From a virus: a stretch of DNA of 64,000 bases. Shown here in pieces: positions 10,334-19,200 of the stretch. The stretch's first letter is position 1, and each line of letters opens with the position of its first letter. The notes under the pieces are model-generated. The model saw only the letters and a program-made list of their open reading frames with translations. It was not told where the DNA came from and did not search any database. The stretch lies in IMG/VR virus record IMGVR_UViG_3300044995_000220; one strand, written 5' to 3'. The position numbers and the translations under genes are program-made.

Positions 10334-12514
10334 TCATTCTTGGCGCAGCTGCGCAATGTAACCTGCCCGCAGTTCTTCAGGCATACCAGCAAGTGCAATT
10401 ACGTGAGCACGTTTTTCTTTTTGTGACATCGTTGCAGGGAGTAAACCACCCCACTTTGCGGCCGCAGCTTTTACTTTTTCTTCAAAGTTTACGCGTTTAT
10501 TGTTACGCGCATTTAGCAAAGCGCCAACTTGCCCGACATTTGGCATATCAGTTTCACCGTTGTCTGTGATGTATTCGTCGGGTTCGCGATTTTCTTTGTC
10601 GAGTTCAGCGTTGGCATTGTATTCCGCTGCATCTTCAAGTGTATTTTCGTCCACTTCATTCAGTGAACCGTCTGCTGCTGCTTTCAACACTTCGAGAAGC
10701 TGTGCTTCTTTTTCGTATTCGTTTTCATCGAACTCTTGCTCTTCTTGGTCCGCGCCTCGATTATGCAGAGCATGCATTGCAGCAGCACCGCCAGCTGCGC
10801 CCAGAATTGCACCAACAGCGGCTCCAGGACCATGCCTCTTGGCCGCTCTTCCGACTGCCGCTCCAGCCCTAGCTGCTTGTCTCTTAACCTTTGAAGCTGT
10901 CGTTCCTAGGGTGTTTTTAGTCTTAATTGCTGCACGTCGGATTGCTTTACTTGCGCTACGTGCAGCGCTTCGAATCTTCTTCATTACATCCTTTGCAGCG
11001 GCGACTTTTGCGTCGTCGTTTTCATCAGGTTCATAGTCATTGTCTTCATCAATCAAACCTCGATCTGCGAGTTCTTGTGCGACCGCAGAAACAAGTTTTG
11101 TATTTGGTTTAGCGCCATGCTCTTCTTGTGCATCCAGTACGTCATCAATAGTGTTGTCAAGTTCTTCAGCCGTTTTTACGTTTTGCATAATATGCGCCAT
11201 TACTTCGAGGCCAGGAGTACCTGCCTCGGCAAGCGCTGCTGACGCAAGAACAAGCTTTGGCGTCACAGGTGCTTCGCGATTGGCGAGACCTTCTACGAAC
11301 ATTGTGGCGCGCGCGACTTTTTCAGCTTCCTCTGAAACATCTTCTTCTACATCTTGGTCCACGTCCCGATTATGCAAAGCATGCATTGCAGCAGCACCGC
11401 CAGCTGCGCCCAGAATTGCACCAACAGCGGCTCCAGGACCATGCCTCTTGGCCGCTCTTCCAACTGCTGTTCCAGCCCTAGCTGCCTGTCTCTTAACCTT
11501 TGAAGCTGCCGTTCCTAGGGTGTTTTTAGTCTTAATTGCTGCACGTCGGATTGCTTTACCTGCGCTACGTGCAGCGCTTCGAATTTTCTTCATTACATCC
11601 TTTGCAGCGGCGACTTTTGCTTCGTCGTCGCTGTCATAGTCACTGTCATCGTCACTGTCATCGTCGTAATCCTCATCAATCAAACCGTGATCCGCGAGTA
11701 CCTGTTCAATCGCTGCAACGAGCTCTGGATCAGGTTCAACGCCATGCTCTTGTTGTTTATCTAGTACGTGATCAAGAGTGTTATCGAGTTCTTCGGCAGT
11801 CTTTACGTTCTCAACAATGTGGGCCATCGTTTCAAGGCCAGGAGGACCCCCTTCAGCAAGCGCTGCTGACGCAAGAACAAGCTTTGGCGTCACGGGTGCT
11901 TCACGTGCAGCGAGGTCTTGAATAAACAGCACAGCTCGCGCAATCTTTTCACTCGATTGTTTATCTAAGTGCGTGAGGCTGTTGTCGATCGCGGGGCCTT
12001 TCGGAGCCATTGGGTGAGGAATTTGCCTACCGACTACACCGCCTTCAGGCATGTCGGTGTTACCTGCGCCTACAAGGTATTGGAGCGACGATCGATTTTC
12101 TTCGTCGAGATCAGCGAGTGCGTTAGTTTCCGCTGCGCTCTCTAGCGTGTTAGGTCCAGTATCGTTTAGTGACGCTTCTTCTGCGGTTTTGGCCATCATG
12201 TAGGAGGCAATTTTCATTGCTCGCTCTTCTAACGGCATATAGGATGCCTGCTTTGCCATCGCTTGGACCGAGGCGGAGGGCCCATAGCCGCGCCTTACTG
12301 CCTCATCTGATGCGTCGATGAGCCATTGGCCGATCTTGATGTAGGCATCGTTCGGCAGCGGTCCTTCTAGGATCTGTGGTAGGCCGAGGTCAGTTGAAAT
12401 TTTATCGAAGACTCCGATGGCGAGGTCGTCATCTGCAAAAGGCGCCATGCGTCCAGCATCGGACATGCCGTCAGCCATGCCCTTGAGAAATGTGCGAGTA
12501 AATAGAGTTGACAT
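10334..12514 (-). CDS. Modular head-operon protein with internal 609-bp duplication
   Basis: 726 aa; two tandem copies of acidic module plus basic Gly-zipper module; similar N- and C-terminal motifs (SLN..NTLE.AA..NA...LD.ENR...Y...G.TDMP). Confidence 0.88.
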   Translation of the reverse strand: MSTLFTRTFLKGMADGMSDAGRMAPFADDDLAIGVFDKISTDLGLPQILEGPLPNDAYIKIGQWLIDASDEAVRRGYGPSASVQAMAKQASYMPLEERAMKIASYMMAKTAEEASLNDTGPNTLESAAETNALADLDEENRSSLQYLVGAGNTDMPEGGVVGRQIPHPMAPKGPAIDNSLTHLDKQSSEKIARAVLFIQDLAAREAPVTPKLVLASAALAEGGPPGLETMAHIVENVKTAEELDNTLDHVLDKQQEHGVEPDPELVAAIEQVLADHGLIDEDYDDDSDDDSDYDSDDEAKVAAAKDVMKKIRSAARSAGKAIRRAAIKTKNTLGTAASKVKRQAARAGTAVGRAAKRHGPGAAVGAILGAAGGAAAMHALHNRDVDQDVEEDVSEEAEKVARATMFVEGLANREAPVTPKLVLASAALAEAGTPGLEVMAHIMQNVKTAEELDNTIDDVLDAQEEHGAKPNTKLVSAVAQELADRGLIDEDNDYEPDENDDAKVAAAKDVMKKIRSAARSASKAIRRAAIKTKNTLGTTASKVKRQAARAGAAVGRAAKRHGPGAAVGAILGAAGGAAAMHALHNRGADQEEQEFDENEYEKEAQLLEVLKAAADGSLNEVDENTLEDAAEYNANAELDKENREPDEYITDNGETDMPNVGQVGALLNARNNKRVNFEEKVKAAAAKWGGLLPATMSQKEKRAHVIALAGMPEELRAGYIAQLRQE
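10759..11950. repeat. Intragenic direct duplication, offset 609 bp (203 aa)
   Basis: Blocks 11368-11620 and 10759-11011 are nearly identical at DNA level; the upstream acidic modules are also similar. Confidence 0.9.
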
Positions 12515-12547
12515 AGGTGAAGGTGCTCCTTGGCTCTAGTGTGTAGT

Positions 12548-13225
12548 CTAAGTTGTTTGAGACGATTCGTCAGTGTTAACAGTTTTATTGAGTGGAGAGC
12601 GGCTCTTCCACACACGCATTAGGTGCCGTGGCACATTGAGTTCGAGGTTTTCAGGTGTTGGTGGAGGAGCAAGCTTTGGATCAAACTTTGAACCAACGTA
12701 GCGTGCAGCACCTTGCACTGCGCCTTGTACTGGGATGCCAAGCAAGCCTAGGCGCGCTGTGAAGGGCGCCACTACCATACCTGACACCGCATGCGCAATA
12801 TCGCCACGTCGTGTCGCTGGGTCTCCTTGTAATATAATGTTACCAAGTTCTAGTGCTGGCATGCCAAGTGATAGCGCTTTCACCCATGTCGGAGACCCAG
12901 GTGAAAGATAGAAATCTTTGATTTGTCCTCCTATTGTGCGCGCGAGGCTACCTGTACGCTTGTAGCGCTGGGACAGTTGTTGCGCTAGGGTGATTGGGCT
13001 GCCGAAGATGGCTTCTCGGCCAAATTCAGCGACGTGTTTACCGAATGTTTTGAGTTTATTTGAAAAGCCGCGACCAGCAGGCGCTATTTTGTGCTCACGA
13101 AATAGGTCCTTTAGACCGTATCGGCCAAAAATGCGCGAGCGCGCTGCTGTCTTTACGGTGTTTAGGCGTTCTTCGAAGTCAGAATGTACCACTGGAACCA
13201 TGACGGAATTCCGCGCCGTAAGCAT
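12548..13225 (-). CDS. Hypothetical head-operon protein, basic with hydrophobic C-terminal helices
   Basis: ORF 12548-13270 in track; ATG at 13225 (or 13201) reduces overlap with the upstream RNAP gene; start uncertain. Confidence 0.65.
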   Translation of the reverse strand: MLTARNSVMVPVVHSDFEERLNTVKTAARSRIFGRYGLKDLFREHKIAPAGRGFSNKLKTFGKHVAEFGREAIFGSPITLAQQLSQRYKRTGSLARTIGGQIKDFYLSPGSPTWVKALSLGMPALELGNIILQGDPATRRGDIAHAVSGMVVAPFTARLGLLGIPVQGAVQGAARYVGSKFDPKLAPPPTPENLELNVPRHLMRVWKSRSPLNKTVNTDESSQTT

Positions 13226-14984
13226 ATGCTGGTACGGGATGTGTGCTGTGAATGTTTGAAGTTTCACCAAAATGTGCGGCTTCTAGGATTGTATTTTTGA
13301 GATAACGGTGAGCAAGACGCGCCATCCAATCCTTTTCTAACAAAGGATTCATAGTAAATGGTTTCATTACGAATTCAACTGGGGGCATGCTGCGATTGAT
13401 GTAAACCTCAGTTACGCCATGTGAGGCTAGTTCTCGTGCTAGAGCAGGCGTAATAAGAGTACCAACGGTATGATGCAGCACTTCTTGTCCAAGTCGCTGT
13501 CCGACAGCATTATCTAGCGGTACGCGCGTTGATCCTTCGCGATAGGCTTCGCGAAAGGCGTTATAGTTGATAATGTCGCCTTTTAGTAGTTCAGGGTGGT
13601 TTGGATCTGTGTCAAGTAGACGTACATGATTAATTTCACTTTTTGCAAGTAGTTCGAGATGACGTCGATCAAGATTAATGCCCTCGTTTTTGTAGAGGTT
13701 GTGCATTGCGTCAACAAAATACGCGCGTCCAGCACCGAGGCCTTTATATCCGACTATTTTTGCAGGATGAGGCACGCCATCGGTTAGCGCGTCACCGCGT
13801 TCAACCACGTCACCTTTTTTTACACGCAATGTTAGGTCAGGATGGGTATATACTTTCTTTTCGCCAATATAGATGTAGTGCCCTCCTTGCGGGGCTTTCT
13901 CAATTTTCGTTATAGTTCCATGCTCAGGAGCGAGAACTGCTTCATGTCGAAATGATGCGGGCACTTCTAATAATTGGCGTACACCTTTTAGTCCTGTTGG
14001 AAATTTATTCGTTGATTTGATTGTAAGTGTACCGTGACGTGATGAAAGCGCCATCTGTGTTAACGGTTCAGCCATAGCTTGCGCGGCTCGTACGCCGACA
14101 GGCGTACCTATTTGGTGTAATTTTCCTTTTTCATTGTGCCCTTGGCACATTTGGCAAACACCGCTTTGAGCGATGCACGTCATAGGTGAGCGTACAAGTA
14201 GACGATCAACATGTTTGGCTTTTAGTTGTTGAACAATCTGTGGCGTGACTAGAGTATTGCGGGGTAAACCATGATCAGCCTGTGTAAATCGGTCTAGGAT
14301 ATGGCTGTCATCGATTGACATCTTTACGCCGTTCATGGTTCCGCAGTCAGTTGTCGTCACAACAGTGGAAATAGTGTTTGCAACGAGTACTTTGGCCATT
14401 TCGCCAGGCTCCGATACTGAAATGCGAGCCTTAACTTCGTTTTCGCGGATTTCTGGGCCAGTCATCCAGTACTGCGCTGGAGTGAGTCCTTCGGCGTAAG
14501 ATCGATCAATTAGTTGGTGAATCACGCCATGTTTAGGGTGCACTGTTGCAAGCGGCGTTGCGACAATTTTCATAAGTTGGGCTGGATTCCCGCGCGCGCC
14601 AGATAATGCCATATGTGTCATTGAACCGGGGTGTTTTTTAGTATGAGCGAGTAGTTTCTCTTGTGTTTCAACAATCAATCGTTGACGCGCTGTTGGGTCT
14701 TTGAGTTTTTCAAGTTTTGCAAGTGCGGGACGAATGATAGCATCACGTTCTTTGTAATTAGGCTCGATGTCGTCTAAACCGACGGAAATTCCTTCAAGCG
14801 TTGCAATTTCGTCCCCACGTCGTTTAAGTGCTTGTATTGTTGAAACGTATTTTTGTGGGTCAGTTTTGGCAAGATTGACAAGATGGTCATGTAGTTCTTT
14901 GTTTGTAATTGGGCCACGGATTTCGTAGCCCTTAGGCATTACATCATTGATTAAAAAATGTCCAACTGTCGTCGCCATAGGCAA
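13179..14984 (-). CDS. rpoC: RNA polymerase beta' subunit, C-terminal half (RpoC2-like)
   Basis: SGARGN, bridge-helix region YAEGLTPAQYW...PGEMAKVLV, DCGT plus SPMTC...GVCQMCQG zinc site, trigger loop GVRAAQAMAEPLTQMALSSRH, GLKGVRQLLE. ATG at 14978 is the likelier start. Confidence 0.93.
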   Translation of the reverse strand: MPMATTVGHFLINDVMPKGYEIRGPITNKELHDHLVNLAKTDPQKYVSTIQALKRRGDEIATLEGISVGLDDIEPNYKERDAIIRPALAKLEKLKDPTARQRLIVETQEKLLAHTKKHPGSMTHMALSGARGNPAQLMKIVATPLATVHPKHGVIHQLIDRSYAEGLTPAQYWMTGPEIRENEVKARISVSEPGEMAKVLVANTISTVVTTTDCGTMNGVKMSIDDSHILDRFTQADHGLPRNTLVTPQIVQQLKAKHVDRLLVRSPMTCIAQSGVCQMCQGHNEKGKLHQIGTPVGVRAAQAMAEPLTQMALSSRHGTLTIKSTNKFPTGLKGVRQLLEVPASFRHEAVLAPEHGTITKIEKAPQGGHYIYIGEKKVYTHPDLTLRVKKGDVVERGDALTDGVPHPAKIVGYKGLGAGRAYFVDAMHNLYKNEGINLDRRHLELLAKSEINHVRLLDTDPNHPELLKGDIINYNAFREAYREGSTRVPLDNAVGQRLGQEVLHHTVGTLITPALARELASHGVTEVYINRSMPPVEFVMKPFTMNPLLEKDWMARLAHRYLKNTILEAAHFGETSNIHSTHPVPAYAYGAEFRHGSSGTF

Positions 14985-15010
14985 AGACTACGTGTTCTCA
15001 GTGGCGCATG

Positions 15011-15349
15011 TTATTGTTGAAATGAGGCTCTTTGCCCTGCTCCGAACACTCGACCTGCACCATATGCTGCTGCGCCAGTGGCTGCCGCAGCGCCGAGAGC
15101 TTTGCCCGCAGCCGGCAAACCACCTGCTCGCTGAAACGCCTTAGCACCAGCTGCAATGCCTTTACCAAGATTTTGCATCATACCGCCGCGTCCACGCTGA
15201 TATGCTTTGGCACCAGTAGTCCATGCGCGTGTTGCTGCGTTGCCGAGTGTAGAAAGTACGTTACCAATTTTATTCAGGCCGTAAAGGGTCAAGATTTTAT
15301 AAGCTCCACGTGCTCGTGCGTTATCAAGTGCTTTTTTCGTAAGCATCAA
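15011..15349 (-). CDS. Small basic Gly/Ala-rich protein
   Basis: 112 aa; cationic amphipathic segment followed by GKALGAAAATGAAAYGAG hydrophobic stretch. Confidence 0.7.
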   Translation of the reverse strand: MMLTKKALDNARARGAYKILTLYGLNKIGNVLSTLGNAATRAWTTGAKAYQRGRGGMMQNLGKGIAAGAKAFQRAGGLPAAGKALGAAAATGAAAYGAGRVFGAGQRASFQQ

Positions 15350-15729
15350 ACTCCTCCGTACGAAATGTTAGGACTTAGCCCGTTGCGATCACCAGGTTCA
15401 TTTGGTAACCCCATAGAGGCACCCCAAATTGGATCACCTGTCCGTTTTGGGGTTATTGGAGTGTCACCGTAGCCAAAATTATTTTCAGAGAAAAGTTTAG
15501 CAAGCGCTTCGATTGGTTCACCAGACTCATCAAGCAGAGCGTATTTAGTAGCAACTTTGCGGATTGCACGCGCTCTAACTTCGTTAGCAAATTTTTGTCT
15601 TGCAGCAGTGTTGAAGCTTTTTGTTACGCCGTAAAAGCCTGGGTCTTTTTCGAAGTGAAAGCCTCTTTGACGTTTTTTTAGTCGTGTAGTTATGCCGCGT
15701 ACAATGTTATTTAAATCTGCCATCAGCAT
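15346..15729 (-). CDS. Hypothetical protein (127 aa)
   Basis: Fills operon gap with overlapping start/stop codons. Confidence 0.7.
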   Translation of the reverse strand: MLMADLNNIVRGITTRLKKRQRGFHFEKDPGFYGVTKSFNTAARQKFANEVRARAIRKVATKYALLDESGEPIEALAKLFSENNFGYGDTPITPKRTGDPIWGASMGLPNEPGDRNGLSPNISYGGV

Positions 15730-16208
15730 CCACTCCGAAGGTAGCGGCGCATATCGTCAGCGTGCTGTTGATCTATGAAGGCACCTTCTTGTGCTAAGGC
15801 GTTGAGTGCTACGTCATTGGTAGTTGCTCGGAATAGCTCTGACCATTTAGCTACAACTTCAAGTTCCATAGAGAGTAGTGTTTTGAATACCGCACGAGGG
15901 TCATTTAGTCCGACAATCGCTGGAGGTGACGGATTGGCGTGTGCGTCTGCGCCAAGCGCTGTGATCTTCTTGTTCAATTTATATATAGATTCACGCTCTT
16001 CTTTGATGTGGTCTTGGAAATGTTGGTAGATCCCGTCGCGATAAAACGCTCGTAACTGGTCGCCGTAGTGAATGTACGCAAGTAGTAACGAATACTTCTT
16101 TGTTAGAATGTCCTGGAGGCGCGAGACATGCGCGCACATTGCTGGCGTGGCGTTTTCAAAGGACTTTGATTTTGTAGGGTCAAGTAAGTCATCTAAGAAG
16201 TCGAACAT
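15723..16208 (-). CDS. Ferritin/bacterioferritin-like four-helix-bundle protein (degenerate ferroxidase centre)
   Basis: LLAYIHY...FQDHIKEERESIYKLNKKITALGADA...LLSMELEVV...IDQQHAD follows the Bfr pattern (QY..H / EE..H / RI..LGG.P / E / EE.H) with several ligands changed. Confidence 0.7.
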   Translation of the reverse strand: MFDFLDDLLDPTKSKSFENATPAMCAHVSRLQDILTKKYSLLLAYIHYGDQLRAFYRDGIYQHFQDHIKEERESIYKLNKKITALGADAHANPSPPAIVGLNDPRAVFKTLLSMELEVVAKWSELFRATTNDVALNALAQEGAFIDQQHADDMRRYLRSGC

Positions 16209-16221
16209 TAGAGTCCTCGTT

Positions 16222-19200
16222 TTAGTTATTTACGCCTGTCAGCAACTCTGGCGGAAAATAGAATAAGGCTTCGTCAGGGCTAATGGAATAAACTGGCGCA
16301 GTGAGGTGTGGTCCTTCACTATAGTTATCAGCGCGCTTTTCGGTTTCGTTTTCAATTTCGATAGCGTCTGATAGCTTCAATTCGCCACGTCGATATGCTG
16401 CGAGTGCGTCTTCTCTCGTTTTGAATTTGCGCACTGGTCCAGTAGGAATTGTGTGTTTTGATGCGAGCGTGAATGCGATGATAGCTTCGTGTTGCGGAAA
16501 GACCATAAGTTTGTTCCGTTGTTGATCACTTAACAATAGGTTGCTAAGAGTCATTTGCTTAGCTTCTTGCACAGCTTCAGGACCGATTGGGAAGTGTACC
16601 TGCAAAGTGTCACCGTCGTAGTCTAGGTTCATACCTTTTTCGGCGAATGAGGACACGCGTATTGTTTTGCCGGGTACGGGTTTAGCGTACGCAGCGATAA
16701 TCGACCCTCGATGCAGTGTGGGCGCTCGATTGATAAGTACTGGGCGCTCGCGAATTTCTTCCAACAGCGCATTTCGCGCGGCAGGCGCGCGTTCATTGAC
16801 TAGTTCACGCGCTTGGAGCGCAGGGTAACCGGTGCGGATCAACCGCGCGACAATTAGTTTGTCAAGTGCCTGCCACAGCATATCCTCCGGAATACCAACT
16901 TCGTCCATACTCAAGTTTGAATCGGGTACAGCAGTACCACGTCCCGATACATCTTGTGTATGACGCATTAGCTTACGCTGGAAAAAACCTCCTTTTGGTG
17001 TACCGACGCCTGAAATATTTGCAAGTAAGCCTTTAACTTTCTGTTGTTGAAGTTTTGGGTCGCGAGGCAGCGCTATACCATATAGCTCTTCGACTTTTTC
17101 GTAGAGATCCAAACGATGTTTGCCTAAATCTGATGGTACAGCTGTTGTCTTCAGCGTTTTGTTCGAATCAAGAAGTTGACTGTAGAGTTTATTTACGTCG
17201 GATACCATTAGTTGCGACGGATCGTGAACGCTTGGCAAAATTGGACGGAATACTGGAGGAATGACTGGTACCTTGCTGATCACGTAGGCGTCGGCGGGGT
17301 TTAAATTATGCTTTTGAAGTGCTTCTAAGTATTTGATTTGCTTGACTACATCGTCGAGCGCAGCTCCTTTGGCGGTTTTGAGCTGTTCACGTAGTTCACG
17401 AAGTTTACGCGGTACATCGATCTTCGAGAGTTCATGGCGAAACCATGCACCCCCGTTAGTTCGCAGTGCGGTCCTGAATTGTGTTTCAGTCATGCCGAGC
17501 AGACGGCGTACGGGCTCTTCGAATACAGGATTTGGGATAGGCTCGTGCAAATCAATATGAGAAAAAAGTGCGCCTTGTAGACCGCCGGTCTTACGAGGAT
17601 CAAATAGACCGCCGGGCATTGGTTTGAGATCTTTCGCGCGCACCGTTGTGTTATTTTCGATTGCTCCCGAACTGCGCGTTAGCACATCTTTGTCAGTCAT
17701 TGGTAGTAGCGAGAATTTTGAACCACGCTTATCTACCTTTACGCCTGCGCCTTCTAGCATTCCAATAAACTTATTGAAGGCAAACGATGGCTTTGGTTCT
17801 GGTAGCGGCAATCCCATTTGCACGGCTTTCCAATATTCATCGTTCTTTTGACCACGAACTGTTGTTGCTTCGCGCAGAAAGCTGCGTGCGTTGTGTGCGA
17901 GCAGCGCATCAAATTCCATTTTACCGATGCTTTTAGCGCTTTCGTCTCCCCCAGTCTTGAGAGGCTGTTCGTTGATGTCATAGGGTCCGACACCGTGACC
18001 AGAGAAATTGGTGTCAGTACTTTTGAACAGTTTATAAATATACTGTTTACCGACTAGTACGCCTTTGCTGTCGGGCCCAATAATTTTACGTTTGAGTATT
18101 GGATCGTAGAGTACTTCTTTGTCTTTGACGCCGTGTTTGTTCAGTAGGTCACGGGCCCATTTGACAGCGTCATGGCCTGCCGTGTTGTCATATACGATTG
18201 GTTTTCCTGTTTTTTCAGCGACTTTTGAAACAGCTGTTTCAATAATTTGCGCGGGGTTGATACGTGATACGACTCCGGCCGACGTCATTAACAGATCAAG
18301 TGGACGCCCTTGTTCATCACGCAGCATTTCGTGGTCTGGTACGATTTTGGCGACGACACCCTTATTACCGTAGCGACCTGCGAGCTTGTCGCCAATTTGC
18401 ATAGGTTCGCGTGTTTTTACAAGGATTGTAATTTGTTTATTTGAGCGTACTACATCGATAATTTCACCAGGCACACTGTGTTCCCAAGTCAGTGCGATGT
18501 CTTTGAATGGTTTGACAAGTGATTTACTAAGACGCCCAAGTATGGCGTCGGTACCAGTTACAGATTGTTTCATTAGGCCCGCTACAAGTAAGTCTTTCGG
18601 ATCAACTTTTGTGCCTTTTTTGATTACACCGCTCTCATCGAGTTTACTGTACATTGACGCGGGGTATTTAGCACCGTAGTAAAGTTGATGCTTTGCACGG
18701 TTCAGTTCGGTGCCCGTACTAATCGGAAAAACCTCGCGATACATGTGTTCGCTGGTTAGTTTTCGCGCTGCGGACTCCGAAATTACGACGGCATCGTTTG
18801 AGTTGTAGCCGTAGTACGGTAAGTATCCAACGAGTAGATTTTTGCCTAATGCAAGCACACTGTTACGCGTGTAGTTTGACTCTGCAAGGCGCTGACCTTC
18901 TTTAACTTTGTCACCAGGCTTTACGCTGACAGTGTGATCTAGGAACGTTTTCGAAGGAAACGGAAATTTTTGATAGTAGGGCACCTTAATGAGTCCAGCG
19001 TCGCCTGCTGCTGCTCGTTTTTCAGCATGTGGCTTAATGTATATGAATTGATTGTCGATCTTCGCGACGGTCCCCGAAACCGGTGCAGTCGGCACGATCA
19101 TATGGCCATAAATTGTTTCAAATGAATGGCCATCTGGATGATGTGATTTAACTTGCACAAGTGGTGCTTCGCGCTCCACGAGCGGCAACGCTTGCGTGCC

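Noticed and set aside
10500-11925. Long plus-strand ORFs opposite the 10334-12514 gene, and similar ones at 1805, 6801 and 51241
   Set aside because: Antisense shadows of repetitive or Ala-rich coding sequence.
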